From positions 4,658 through 68,657 of the forward strand of contig CAYFFD010000001.1 in assembly GCA_964342415.1 (NCBI GenBank): 64,000 nt of DNA, read 5' to 3'. The stretch is from Candidatus Woesearchaeota archaeon (lineage in GTDB: Archaea > Nanobdellota > Nanobdellia > Pacearchaeales > GW2011-AR1). The translations under genes were made by a program, and so were the position numbers. Of the stretch, positions 48,091 through 58,668 are shown in pieces (positions within the stretch are counted from its first letter, which is position 1; every line of letters starts with the position of its first letter). The notes beneath the pieces are model-generated. The model made no database searches, had not been told where the DNA came from, and saw only the letters and a program-made list of their open reading frames with translations.

Positions 48091-49974
48091 TTATTTCAGC
48101 TTTATAGTTTCTAGAATTCTTGGAACAATTGTTTCAATCCGGTTAATCTTGTAAATCGAAGAAGCTAGATCAAGTGACTTTGAAACTTCACCGTGAACAA
48201 TAATTACCTTTTTTGGTTTAGGACTTATTTTTCTAAAAAAATTCATTAACTCGTTTCTCCCAGCATGCGAAGTCATTCCCTTAGCTGTATGAACTTCCAT
48301 ATTTATCTTCACTCTTTCCTCCTTTCCGTTAACAGACATTTTTACTTCATCTAAACCATCTTGAACTTGTCTTCCCAAAGTTCCTGAACCTTGATAACAA
48401 ACGAAAATTAATGAATTTTTTTCATTAGATGAAAACTCTTTCAAATATTCTACAGACGCTCCTCCAACAAGCATTCCTGAAGTTGCGAGAACAACACAAG
48501 GACCTCCTTCAACAACTTTCTTTCTTTCTTCTGGCGAGCCAACACGTGAAAAAGTTTCAGATGTAAATGGATTTTTATCCTGAAAAGTTAATAATTTAAG
48601 ACTGTTGTTCAAAAAATCAGGATAAGCTGTGTGAATCGAATTAATATCCCAAATCATTCCATCAATATAAACAGGAATTTTTTTCATTTTCCCAGTTTTC
48701 ATTGCATCTTCAATAATTAGCATTGTCTCTTGGGCACGTCCAAGACCAAGCTCTGGGATCAAAACCTTACCCCCTCTTTCAATTGTTTTATTTATTAATC
48801 TAATTACATTTTCTTCTACTTCTCTTCTCGGAGGCAATACATCTTCTTTTGCCCCATAAGTTGATTCCGTAATCACAGATTCTAATCTGGGAAAATTTGT
48901 TACTGAAGGCTCTAAAAGTCTTGTTCTCGAATATTTATAATCACCTGTGTAAAGCAAATTATGCGCGCCGTTTCCAATATTGATGTGAATCATTGCACTT
49001 CCAAGAACATGCCCTGCATTATAAAAAGTAATCCTTATGTCTGGAGTGATGTCAGTAACTTCGTTGTAATTAAGGCAAATACTGTGTTTTACCATTTCTT
49101 TTATATCAGGTGAGCTGAACAATGGCTGTGCTGCCTGTTTGTATGCAACGCCGATAAAATCCAATGCAAGCAAAGAAGAAATGTCCCTTGTAGGTGCGGT
49201 CATGTATACTGGACCCTTGTAGCCCATTTTATATAAGTAAGGAACAAGTCCTGAATGGTCAATATGGGCATGGCTTATAATAACTGCATCTAACTGAGCC
49301 ACGTCAAATTCAGGAATGTTAAAATAAGGAAATTTCTCCTCGCCATGGGAAGAAACATCAACTCCACAATCAAGAAGAATTTTTGAATTTGGCGTTTGTA
49401 AAAGAAAGCAGCTTCTACCAACTTGCCTTGCAGCTCCTAAAAATGTTATTCTTGCCCATTCATTTGTCTTTTCAGGATTCCACTCCTTGTAAATTTTCTT
49501 TCCAATTGAATTTAAAAATCTTCTCCGGTAATTGTTATTTGCATAAAGAACTTCCCTTATGTTTTCAACAATCTGACTTTTTATTGCCGGCGACCTTTGA
49601 ACCTGCGGAACCCAAAGAGTTGTTTTCTTAATTTCATTAAGAATACTCCCTTGCTTTCCTATGACCATTCCAGGCTTTTCTGCTTCAATTATTACAATGC
49701 TTCGATGATTATCAAAAATAACTTTTACTATTTCAGCCTCTTTAGGAACTATTTCTTTTATTCTTGCTTCTGTTTTCTCTGTGCCAAGCAAAATTTTTGA
49801 ATCTGCCCTAAGCTCAATTCTTTTTTTTATTTCATTTACAATCTCTTTTATTTTTCCTTCCCCTTCTTTGAAAAACTTCTCGTTATCTGTGTAAAGCACT
49901 ATGTTCGCGCCTTCAAAACCAGCCTCTGTGATTTTACTCTCAAGCTTTTCTTTTATGTTTTTCAAAATATCCAT
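48091..49974 (-). CDS. aCPSF1/FttA: KH domains plus metallo-beta-lactamase/beta-CASP ribonuclease
   Basis: It has N-terminal KH-like regions, HAHIDHSG and beta-CASP motifs. Length is 627 aa. Confidence 0.85.
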   Translation of the reverse strand: MDILKNIKEKLESKITEAGFEGANIVLYTDNEKFFKEGEGKIKEIVNEIKKRIELRADSKILLGTEKTEARIKEIVPKEAEIVKVIFDNHRSIVIIEAEKPGMVIGKQGSILNEIKKTTLWVPQVQRSPAIKSQIVENIREVLYANNNYRRRFLNSIGKKIYKEWNPEKTNEWARITFLGAARQVGRSCFLLQTPNSKILLDCGVDVSSHGEEKFPYFNIPEFDVAQLDAVIISHAHIDHSGLVPYLYKMGYKGPVYMTAPTRDISSLLALDFIGVAYKQAAQPLFSSPDIKEMVKHSICLNYNEVTDITPDIRITFYNAGHVLGSAMIHINIGNGAHNLLYTGDYKYSRTRLLEPSVTNFPRLESVITESTYGAKEDVLPPRREVEENVIRLINKTIERGGKVLIPELGLGRAQETMLIIEDAMKTGKMKKIPVYIDGMIWDINSIHTAYPDFLNNSLKLLTFQDKNPFTSETFSRVGSPEERKKVVEGGPCVVLATSGMLVGGASVEYLKEFSSNEKNSLIFVCYQGSGTLGRQVQDGLDEVKMSVNGKEERVKINMEVHTAKGMTSHAGRNELMNFFRKISPKPKKVIIVHGEVSKSLDLASSIYKINRIETIVPRILETIKLK

Positions 49975-50037
49975 TTTTTTAGAACTCTTTTTTGTAAAAT
50001 TTATTAATTAAAAATATTTATAAGATTATAAGCAAAA

Positions 50038-50697
50038 TTATTTATCTTGATATTCTGACTTAATCTCTTGGTTTACAACTTTTTTGATTCCAGATTTTGT
50101 TATAGCAAAAACATCAATCCCATAACCGCTTCCAGTATCTCTTTGTGTTGAAGATTTTAAAGCTTCTTTTGCTAATTCAACTCCTTCATCAATACTCATT
50201 CCTTTTTTGTATTGTCTTTCCAATAAACCTAAAACATAAGGCATTCCACTTCCAAAATTTGCATCGTATTCTTCTACTTTATATACTCCTCCTGCAGGCT
50301 CTACAGTATAAAGTTCTATCGTTCCGTCTTCATTAAAACCCCCTACAAGAGAACCAACGATACTAGGAATCATTGAAGGTTGTCTTATATTTGAAAAAGT
50401 TATGGCCCCTATAAGATTAGCTGCCTGTTTTATACTTGATCTTGAACGTGATTTAAGTTCTTTAAGTTTCAATTCAGCTGTAATCAATTTTCCCAATCTT
50501 TGAGCATCTGCTGCTCCACCTGTCCATGAACTCACAAGATAATCATTAATTTGAACAACTTTAGGAGTGTTTTTGTTCATAACAATATTTCCAGCAGTAA
50601 CCTGTTTGTCAGCAGCCATTACAACTCCATCCTTGCAAACAATTCCAAGAATTGTTGTTCCTGTTTTCAAAATTGAATTTTTTAATTCAGCGTCCAT
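50038..50697 (-). CDS. psmB: proteasome beta subunit
   Basis: A propeptide precedes TTILGIVCKDGVVMAADKQ (Thr1) and GSG motifs. Confidence 0.9.
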   Translation of the reverse strand: MDAELKNSILKTGTTILGIVCKDGVVMAADKQVTAGNIVMNKNTPKVVQINDYLVSSWTGGAADAQRLGKLITAELKLKELKSRSRSSIKQAANLIGAITFSNIRQPSMIPSIVGSLVGGFNEDGTIELYTVEPAGGVYKVEEYDANFGSGMPYVLGLLERQYKKGMSIDEGVELAKEALKSSTQRDTGSGYGIDVFAITKSGIKKVVNQEIKSEYQDK

Positions 50698-50770
50698 TTT
50701 TTAATATTAAGTAATTAACTAGAACAAATTTTATTACAAAACTAAGAGGATTCGTGTTTTATAAAGTTTT

Positions 50771-52819
50771 CTATAAATCAATTCTTGTAATCCTGTTTTC
50801 TTTCTTAAACTTTATTACATTTTCAACAAAGCCCTCTATTTTTTGTTCATGGCTCACAATTATAAGTTGATTTACATTTAACTGGCTTAAAACATCACGC
50901 ATCTTGTCCAATTGCTGTGATGAAAAACCGTCCGTCGGCTCATCAAGAATAATAATGTCTTTTGTTTTAATATTACTCAGTAAAGAATTGATAACTTGAA
51001 TCAATGCGAGCCTGTATGCAAGGGCAATTGCTGTTCTTTCTCCTCCCGAAAGATATGAATAATCAACCTCATAATCCTGCTGCCCTATTGCAGGTGTGAA
51101 ATCATCATTAATTCTTACTTCAAAAGTATCTGAGACAAGCATTGAAAACCATTCTGAAAAGAAATTTGAAAATTCTGATTTAAGCTTAACCATGATGTTT
51201 TTCTCAATAAAAGAAATCAAAAACATGAATTTTCCTGAAAGCCAAGATTCGAGTTCAATAATATAAAGAAGTTGTTTTTTCATTTCTTCGGCCTTACCTA
51301 TTCTTTCCTTCAATTCTTCAATTTGTTTTGAAAAAACTTGAATTTCCTTTTTTAGTTCAGCGACTTTTATTTCTACAACTCTCTCTTGTTTTAAAGCCTC
51401 TTCAAAAGCAATTTTCTTTTCTTCAGAAATATCATCAAATTTCTTTAAGTCATCAAGAAATCTATTAAAATTTTCAATTTGAAGATTTAATGTTTCTATT
51501 TCTCTACGAAAAATAAGATTAAATTTTTCAATTTCTCCTATTTGAATTTTCTTTTCTTCAATTCCTTGGAATTTTATTTTTAAAATATTTAATTCCTGAA
51601 GTTTTTTTTCCAAAATTAAAATTTCGTTATTAATGTTTTTCGTTTTTCCTAAAAAATTTTCTTTTTCTAAACTCCAAGATTTAATTTTTTTCATATTTTC
51701 AGAGATTTCAAATTCAATCTTACTAAAAATATTATTTTTATAAGAAGCATCAACTTTTTGAAGACAAGTTGGACAATTTTCAATATGGTTTATTCTATTT
51801 TTTATATCTTCACCTTCAACATTTTTCACATTCAATGAATTTATTTGGATTGAAATTTTTAAAAGATTCTCGTTAATATTTTCTCTTTCATCTTTTTTGA
51901 AAGAAATCTCTTCTTCAAGTTTTAAAATATCCGTTTCATCAAATTTCAAATTGCTTAATTCTCTGATTTGAATTTTTATTTGTTCTATGTTCTTAAGATT
52001 ATTTGAGTTTAATTCATGTTTATTTAAAATCATTATTTTTGTTTTTTCAATTTCTTGTTTGATTTTTGTTTTTTCTTCAATTTTCTCAGAGATTTTCTCT
52101 TTTTCTTCCTGAATTTTCTTTCTATCTTCTGTTCTCAAAAAAAATTCTTTTTCAACAGATAATAAATTATAATTTTTTTCTTCAAGTTCACTTTCTTTCG
52201 AAAGAAGATTTATTTTGTCTTCTTCCAAACCATAAATAATTCCTTCCTTAATTCTCCGCTCTTCTCTAAGTTTTGACGCTAAAAGTGAAGTATTCTCTAT
52301 TATTTTTTTGTATTTGTCTATCCCAAAAATGTGTCTCAAAGTATTCATTCTTGTCTCAGAGTCTTGCAAAATTATCTGCTTCATTTCTTCTTGAGGTGTG
52401 TAAACAGTAAATTTATACAATGTATTTTGTCTTTTTGAGAATTCTTTTGGATAATTTAAAAGTTCGAGGACAATATTTTTAAGCTCCATAACAGAAATTT
52501 CTCTTTTTTCCCCATCAATGAATATAGAACAATAGTCCTGAGAAACACTTTTCCCTCTTTTCAAGGTTCTTTCAACAATTATCTCCTTTCCGTCAATTTC
52601 AAAATTTAACACAACACCTCCAGAATTTTTTCCGTTTCTCAATAAAGAAGAACCTTTTTGTCCTGGCTGCAAACCAAATAAAGCAAATTCAACTCCTAAA
52701 AGAACAGAAGTCTTTCCAGAGCCAATATCCCCTGAAAGCAGTGTTGGGCCATCTGGAAATTCTATTTCTTGTTTTTCATAACTTCTAATATTATTTAAAA
52801 TTATTTTCTTTAATTTCAT
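50771..52819 (-). CDS. rad50: Rad50 ATPase (short coiled coil)
   Basis: It has Walker A GDIGSGKTS, a CPTC zinc hook, the LSGGE signature and Walker B IIILDEPT. Length is 682 aa. Confidence 0.85.
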   Translation of the reverse strand: MKLKKIILNNIRSYEKQEIEFPDGPTLLSGDIGSGKTSVLLGVEFALFGLQPGQKGSSLLRNGKNSGGVVLNFEIDGKEIIVERTLKRGKSVSQDYCSIFIDGEKREISVMELKNIVLELLNYPKEFSKRQNTLYKFTVYTPQEEMKQIILQDSETRMNTLRHIFGIDKYKKIIENTSLLASKLREERRIKEGIIYGLEEDKINLLSKESELEEKNYNLLSVEKEFFLRTEDRKKIQEEKEKISEKIEEKTKIKQEIEKTKIMILNKHELNSNNLKNIEQIKIQIRELSNLKFDETDILKLEEEISFKKDERENINENLLKISIQINSLNVKNVEGEDIKNRINHIENCPTCLQKVDASYKNNIFSKIEFEISENMKKIKSWSLEKENFLGKTKNINNEILILEKKLQELNILKIKFQGIEEKKIQIGEIEKFNLIFRREIETLNLQIENFNRFLDDLKKFDDISEEKKIAFEEALKQERVVEIKVAELKKEIQVFSKQIEELKERIGKAEEMKKQLLYIIELESWLSGKFMFLISFIEKNIMVKLKSEFSNFFSEWFSMLVSDTFEVRINDDFTPAIGQQDYEVDYSYLSGGERTAIALAYRLALIQVINSLLSNIKTKDIIILDEPTDGFSSQQLDKMRDVLSQLNVNQLIIVSHEQKIEGFVENVIKFKKENRITRIDL

Positions 52820-52878
52820 TTTAACTTTATATGAATAGAATTTTCTGGAAAGTATATAAAAATAATTGTGATGAGAAT

Positions 52879-53163
52879 TTAAGAAATATTAACTTCTTTA
52901 TCTAAATCCCTTAAGTATTTCTTTAATTTTTTGAGATATTGTGAACGAAGTTTTTTGTCTTTAGTTGGTTTCAATCTATATTTTAAAGTATCGTGAATTA
53001 TATGATTTTTGTTTTTAATAGATTTAGTTAATAACCCCCAAGAATGAGGAACAGTTTTTCCCAAAGATCTTTGTTCAAATTCTACAAGCCAAAATACTTG
53101 CTTAACGACTTCTGAGAATTTCATTTTCTTTTTCTTATAATTTGGTAAAAATAGATTTCTCAA
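52879..53163 (-). CDS. small basic protein between mre11 and rad50
   Basis: It is 94 aa and K/R-rich. Its stop overlaps the mre11 stop region. Confidence 0.3.
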   Translation of the reverse strand: MRNLFLPNYKKKKMKFSEVVKQVFWLVEFEQRSLGKTVPHSWGLLTKSIKNKNHIIHDTLKYRLKPTKDKKLRSQYLKKLKKYLRDLDKEVNIS

Positions 53164-54335
53164 AACTTCAAAATTTTTTTAGATTCTTCAAGAATTCTTT
53201 TTGTAAAATTTTCAGAAGTTTCTCCTTCTTGTTTCTCAATTGAAAGTGAATTTATTAACTGCAGAATTAAATTATTAAAATCAGAAGGATTTTGCTCTGA
53301 ATAATTTTTTATTGTCTCTTCCTCTATGTTTTCTGTTTTTTCAATTTCAAATTCAAAATCAGGTTCTCTTGTCTTTAAATCATGAGTATTTCTCAATATA
53401 AAATAAGCTCCCTTATTTTTTACAAATTCTGCGATTTGCTGAAAATTTATATCTGAACTTTTTCCATTATCTAATTCTCCATTTATTCTTAAAAGTATAA
53501 TCTTATCATCAAGATCTTTTTTTTCAAGTTCTGAAATGATTTCTTCTGTCGCAGTTAAAGCATCTTTTAATTCAATTGAAATAAGCTCTACTTTCTTTAA
53601 AGGAATTTTAATTCTTTTAATTTCTTCAGGGTTATTTGTGTCAGCAATCACGAAATGTCCATGAGACAATTCCTCGAGTTCTTTGAAATTGTTTGGGAAT
53701 ATTGGTCCAGGATAAACAAACCTATCCTTATCATACAAAACATGGATATGCCCAAGCGCATAATAATCTGCTTTTGGTAATTTGCTTGAATCAACATATT
53801 CTATAGGCAAATCTCCAACTACCCTATCAAGAGTTGTATGAAGCATTAAAATTTTGAATAAAGGTGAACCATTTAATTTTATTTTTTTCAAATCCTTAAC
53901 TTCCAAGCCTGACTTTTTTCCAGGATATCCATAAATTGCAATTTCCTCATGGATTGTTGGATTTAATATTATCTCATCGTCTTTTTCCTCGAAATTTGCC
54001 ACATTTTTGCAAAATCCTGCCTTCTCTAAAACATCTAAAAAAGTTTTTCCAGAAACAGAATAATCATGGCTTCCTGAAATTAAGAAGCAAGAAATTCCTG
54101 CATCTTTTAATTTTTTTAATTCTGAAAAAGTTTCTTTTAAAACTTCAATTGAAGGGTATGGAAAATCAAACAAGTCTCCAGAAATTAAAACAAAATTAAC
54201 TTTTTCCAAAATGCAGATCTCAATTGCCTTTTGGAATGATTTCGAATTCAAGTCTTGTAACGGTTGCTGTTTCCACCCTCCGAGATGAACATCTGCAATG
54301 TGTGCGAATTTAACCATAAGATATACCTTTTGCAA
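53160..54335 (-). CDS. mre11: Mre11 nuclease
   Basis: It has FAHIADVHLG, GDLFD and GSHD phosphoesterase motifs. Confidence 0.85.
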   Translation of the reverse strand: MQKVYLMVKFAHIADVHLGGWKQQPLQDLNSKSFQKAIEICILEKVNFVLISGDLFDFPYPSIEVLKETFSELKKLKDAGISCFLISGSHDYSVSGKTFLDVLEKAGFCKNVANFEEKDDEIILNPTIHEEIAIYGYPGKKSGLEVKDLKKIKLNGSPLFKILMLHTTLDRVVGDLPIEYVDSSKLPKADYYALGHIHVLYDKDRFVYPGPIFPNNFKELEELSHGHFVIADTNNPEEIKRIKIPLKKVELISIELKDALTATEEIISELEKKDLDDKIILLRINGELDNGKSSDINFQQIAEFVKNKGAYFILRNTHDLKTREPDFEFEIEKTENIEEETIKNYSEQNPSDFNNLILQLINSLSIEKQEGETSENFTKRILEESKKILKF

Positions 54336-54372
54336 TAGTATTTAAAAATAATTATAATAAGATTGATGATTA

Positions 54373-54936
54373 TTATTTAGTGACAATTTTTAATTCCCAA
54401 ACGAATAACTCTTCAAAAAATAATTTTTTCTTTGCAAGAATTTTTTTCTTATAGTCTAAAAAATTAATTCCTCCTGAAAGCGAACTTGTAAGAAGAAAGA
54501 TTTTCCCATTTTTATTTAAGTAATCTCTTGCCTGTTTTAAAAATTTATTTATTATTTCACTTCCTTTTTCCCCACCTGTTGTTGAAATTCTTGAATCTTC
54601 TGGCTCTAATGGGTCTTTAGGTAAATAAGGAGGATTAAAAATTATCAAATCAAAGCGAAGTCGGAAATTTTTTATGTTTTCAAACAAATCTGAATTAACA
54701 CAATTAAATCCAAGTTTTTTGCAATGTTTAACTGCAAAAGGATTTATATCACAGCAAAAAATATTCTGTTTCTTTATTCCTGACTTTAAAGCAGTTTCAA
54801 GATGAATTCCACTCCCACTTCCAATTTCTAAAAAAATTAAATTAGGATTTTCTTTTAAAAGTTTAAGAATTTGTTCCTCAAGAACTTTAGATAAAAGATA
54901 AGAATCTTCTCTTGGAAGATAAATTTCAGGTTTCAT
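54373..54936 (-). CDS. HemK/Mtq2-type SAM-dependent methyltransferase
   Basis: It has LEIGSGSG and NPPY motifs. Length is 187 aa. Confidence 0.7.
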   Translation of the reverse strand: MKPEIYLPREDSYLLSKVLEEQILKLLKENPNLIFLEIGSGSGIHLETALKSGIKKQNIFCCDINPFAVKHCKKLGFNCVNSDLFENIKNFRLRFDLIIFNPPYLPKDPLEPEDSRISTTGGEKGSEIINKFLKQARDYLNKNGKIFLLTSSLSGGINFLDYKKKILAKKKLFFEELFVWELKIVTK

Positions 54937-54937
54937 T

Positions 54938-55336
54938 TTATCTACTAAGGATACTCTTAAAAAATTCTAACAAATTTTCCCTAAAGAAAAAAATTCCTGC
55001 CAAAATAGCAAGAACAGCGACCAATAAGATTCCAACAAGCACTATCATTTTTTTTCTTGGATTTTTTTCCTGTTCATAATTTGAAATTTTCTGCGTTGCT
55101 TTTGGAGTTTGTAATTTCTGTCCAGAAGTTTTAACAGGATTTATATTTTTGTCCAAAGGTTTTACTAATTTTGGTTTTTGTATTTGTTCCTGATGAATCT
55201 GATACTGCAACGCTTTTGCAGCTTCTTCTATTTCCTCTTTACCATAGCCGGCATTATAAAAACTTTCCATTGCTTGCTGTAACGTTTCGCCTTTCGACAT
55301 TGCAACTTTTAATCCTTCTAAAATACTTTCATCCAT
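54938..55336 (-). CDS. tail-anchored membrane protein
   Basis: It has a C-terminal TM (MIVLVGILLVAVLAILAGIFFF). Confidence 0.3.
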   Translation of the reverse strand: MDESILEGLKVAMSKGETLQQAMESFYNAGYGKEEIEEAAKALQYQIHQEQIQKPKLVKPLDKNINPVKTSGQKLQTPKATQKISNYEQEKNPRKKMIVLVGILLVAVLAILAGIFFFRENLLEFFKSILSR

Positions 55337-55351
55337 TTTGTTATATAAAAT

Positions 55352-56698
55352 TCAAAACTTTAAAACCTTGCCATCTGAAGACAAGTGAGAGGTCTCCCCA
55401 AACGTATATCCAAACTCTTTTGAAAGTTCAATCATTGGAGAGGTTATTTTAATTGGGCCATGAGATGGAATTATATGTTCAGGTTTTAGCATTTCAATCA
55501 AGACTCTTAGGTCTTCTCTGCTTCCGTGTCCATGCACATGAACATCAGTCTGCAGTTTAACCCCTATTCTTCTTAGTTTTTTGTCCATCCTCTCACGAGC
55601 AAGAATGTTTACAGGAACAGGAATAACACTCGATGAAAATATTAAATTATCTCCTGGCTTAAAATTAAACTGAGTTTTTCCATTGGCAATTCTATCTAAA
55701 ATAGATCCTGACTCTGCTTGATGCCCTGTACAAACAACCAAGTATTTCCCCCTATTTTTTTCGACTTCTTTCAAAACAGAATTAATTTGATTTCTGTATT
55801 TAACAAGTCTTATATTATTTTTAAAGGGAGCCTGTTTAACACTAATGGCACAACTTACATACTTGTTCAAACTCCTTCCTAAAAAAATTATTTTTCTGTT
55901 TGTCCTTTTGCCAAAATCAACTATACTGTTTAATCGTTCTATGTGGGATGAAAAAGTTGTGACAAATAATGCGGAGTTTTTGTCCCGAACCTGGGAAAAT
56001 GCCTCTTCTAGCAAATTCCTTGCAATCCTCTCCCCTCCTGGCTTTGTTTCTCTTCCTGAATAAAGAGCGTCGGCAATTAAAACTTTTATTCCTTTTTTCC
56101 CAAGCTCTTTCATTTTTTTATAATTTGGTGGTTTTCCGAGAGTTGGATAATTGTCAAATTTAAAGTCAAGTCCATAAAAGAAAATTCCATCTTTAGTATG
56201 CATTGCGACAAACACGCACTGAAGTGTTGAATGAGTAGTGTGGACAAAATCCAATTTATAATTTCCAGATTTTCCCTTAACTATGTAAGTAGAATTGCTC
56301 TTTACAACCTTCCTTTTATTTTTCAAATAAATTTTCTCATCTCTTAAAATTGATTCCAATACAGCTAGGGTAAATTGCGTGGCAAGTATTTCTGCATTAG
56401 GATATCTGTTTGCAATATAAGGCACAGCTCCAACATGATCCAAATGAGCATGACCAAGAACTATTGCTCGAACCTTGTTTGTCCATCCTAATTTGTCTAA
56501 AACGAGGTCATTTGGAAGCGCGCCGACAGATCTCAACTGTTTCTCGCTGCGAGTTTTTTGCTGAACTTCTTCTTCCTGAAGATCAATAACTGCAGGCAAG
56601 TAAATTCCTGCATCAAAAATAATAACATCTTCTCCAATTTTTACAGCAGTCATATTTTTCCCTACTTCATCAAATCCTCCAATAGTACATACTTCCAT
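55352..56698 (-). CDS. beta-CASP metallo-beta-lactamase ribonuclease (aRNase J / aCPSF2-like)
   Basis: It has LGHAHLDHVGAVPY and beta-CASP motifs. Length is 448 aa and there are no KH domains. Confidence 0.75.
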   Translation of the reverse strand: MEVCTIGGFDEVGKNMTAVKIGEDVIIFDAGIYLPAVIDLQEEEVQQKTRSEKQLRSVGALPNDLVLDKLGWTNKVRAIVLGHAHLDHVGAVPYIANRYPNAEILATQFTLAVLESILRDEKIYLKNKRKVVKSNSTYIVKGKSGNYKLDFVHTTHSTLQCVFVAMHTKDGIFFYGLDFKFDNYPTLGKPPNYKKMKELGKKGIKVLIADALYSGRETKPGGERIARNLLEEAFSQVRDKNSALFVTTFSSHIERLNSIVDFGKRTNRKIIFLGRSLNKYVSCAISVKQAPFKNNIRLVKYRNQINSVLKEVEKNRGKYLVVCTGHQAESGSILDRIANGKTQFNFKPGDNLIFSSSVIPVPVNILARERMDKKLRRIGVKLQTDVHVHGHGSREDLRVLIEMLKPEHIIPSHGPIKITSPMIELSKEFGYTFGETSHLSSDGKVLKF

Positions 56699-56820
56699 CG
56701 TGTTTTTTTGTAAAAAATGCGGCTAAAATTCTCAAGAATTCTTGCTCGTTTTTATTTAAATATGAAAAATAGTTTAAAAATGCTTTTAGTAATTAAAAAT
56801 ATAAACCTCTCTTTGTTCTT

Positions 56821-57111
56821 TTGATCATGCCATTAAAATCTTTAAAGCCTTCACAAAGGGAAAATAAAAGATATCTTCTTGTCAAAGGTAGAAACTTAAA
56901 AGGAAATATTGAAAAATCAATTTTAGACTTTGTTGGAATATTGGGAATGTCCAAAACAGGCTTATCTTGGATTAAGACAAGAAAAGACTTTGTTATTATC
57001 TCTGTAAATAGGGAAGCAGTTAATGAAGTTCGCGCGAGTTTTGCTGTTTGGCCTGAGAAAATCAGTGTTGAAAAAGTAAGTGGAACTTTGAAAGGTTTAG
57101 GAAAGAAGTGA
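56821..57111 (+). CDS. RNase P protein subunit Pop5 (Rnp2), candidate
   Basis: It is 96 aa. The N-terminus LKPSQRENKRYLLV is Pop5-like. It sits at the head of the conserved exosome/proteasome superoperon. Confidence 0.5.
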   Translation: MIMPLKSLKPSQRENKRYLLVKGRNLKGNIEKSILDFVGILGMSKTGLSWIKTRKDFVIISVNREAVNEVRASFAVWPEKISVEKVSGTLKGLGKK

Positions 57112-57262
57112 ATTTTGTACCAAAAAACTTTTAAATGAGAACTATTTCTAGAATTCGCATAGAGAAAGGAAAAATTTAAATTTATTATAAAATTCTCTTA
57201 AAATAATACAATAAAACGATTGAAGCTAAGAAATGCGTGCATTTTTTGTTTCGTAAAATAAG

Positions 57263-57988
57263 ATGGAAATACCTGTAGATACACAACATCAAGCAATGGG
57301 TTACGACAGAACAGCAACAATGTTTTCCCCAGATGGACATCTAATCCAAGTTGAATATGCTGAAAAGGCAGTCAGACTTGGGGGTGCAAGTATTGGAATG
57401 CTTTGCTCTGACGGCGTGTTCATAATGGCCGACAAAAGAATGGATGAAAAATTAATAATTGCAAAATCAGCAAATAAAATTTACGAAATCGACTCGCATA
57501 TAATTTCAAGCATTGCTGGAATTGTCTCTGACGCGAGAGTGCTTATTGAAAAATCCCAAATTTTGGCGCAACAGCACAGAATAACTTATGACTCTCCAAT
57601 AGAATTAGAAGCAATAATGAAGGAAATTTCAAACATAAAACAGCAATATACACAATACGGAGGCGCAAGACCTTTTGGAGTTTCTCTAATGATTGCCGGA
57701 ATAAGCAACAAAAAGCCAGAACTTCTTACAAGCAGTGTAACTGGAAATTACTTTTCATATCATGCAAATGCAATCGGTGAAAATGACGAGAAAATAAAGG
57801 AAAAGCTAAGAGAAAAATATACAGAGGATTTGACAATAAAAAAAGGAGTCAAAGTTGCATTAAACATATTCAAGGAAATTCAAGGAAACGCATTTAACTT
57901 AAATAAATTTGAAGTTTCATATATTAAAAAAGACGATGCAAAAATAGTTAGATTAGAAGAGGAAGAATTAAAGAATTTTGCAAAATAA
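57263..57988 (+). CDS. psmA: proteasome alpha subunit
   Basis: It has the YDRTATMFSPDGHLIQVEYA signature. Confidence 0.9.
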   Translation: MEIPVDTQHQAMGYDRTATMFSPDGHLIQVEYAEKAVRLGGASIGMLCSDGVFIMADKRMDEKLIIAKSANKIYEIDSHIISSIAGIVSDARVLIEKSQILAQQHRITYDSPIELEAIMKEISNIKQQYTQYGGARPFGVSLMIAGISNKKPELLTSSVTGNYFSYHANAIGENDEKIKEKLREKYTEDLTIKKGVKVALNIFKEIQGNAFNLNKFEVSYIKKDDAKIVRLEEEELKNFAK

Positions 57989-57993
57989 TTAGA

Positions 57994-58668
57994 ATGACAC
58001 AAACATTAGCAAGAATAAAACAAAGTGGGAAAAATTTCGAGATTATGGTTGACTTGGATAAGGCGTTGGATTTTAAAAAAAATAATGGTTCTGTAGATTT
58101 TTTAGAAGCAGAGAAAATTTTCACAGATTCAAAAAAGGGCTTTGCAGCTTCTGGTTCCGATTTAAAAGACGCTTTTGGAACTGAAGATATTCATGAGGTT
58201 GCAGGAAAAATAGTCAAATCAGGAGAAGTTCTTTTAACTAAAGAACACAGAGATGATGAAAAAGAAAATAAATTCAAGCAAGTCGTCGACTTTCTAGCAA
58301 ATAATTCAATGGATCCTCAAACAGGAAACCCTATAACACCAGAAAGAATAAAATCTGCTTTAGAACAGGCGCATGTTAACATAAAAAATGTTCCAGTAGA
58401 AAACCAAGTTAATGAAATTGTTCAAGAGATAAGTAAAATAATCCCTATAAAAATTGAAACAAAAAAAATTAAGATAACCATTCCAGCAATTCACACTGGA
58501 AAAGTTTACGGCCTGATAAATCAATACAAGGAAAATGAAAACTGGCTTTCAAATGGGGATTTAGAAGTTACAGTGAATATCCCATCAGGGATAATTATAG
58601 ATTTTTATGATAAATTAAATTCAGTGACGCACGGAAGTGCTTTGACAGAGGAAATGAAAGATGAGTGA
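57994..58668 (+). CDS. SBDS (Shwachman-Bodian-Diamond) family ribosome maturation protein
   Basis: The N-terminus is ARIKQSGKNFEIMVD. The length and its position in the superoperon also fit. Confidence 0.75.
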   Translation: MTQTLARIKQSGKNFEIMVDLDKALDFKKNNGSVDFLEAEKIFTDSKKGFAASGSDLKDAFGTEDIHEVAGKIVKSGEVLLTKEHRDDEKENKFKQVVDFLANNSMDPQTGNPITPERIKSALEQAHVNIKNVPVENQVNEIVQEISKIIPIKIETKKIKITIPAIHTGKVYGLINQYKENENWLSNGDLEVTVNIPSGIIIDFYDKLNSVTHGSALTEEMKDE

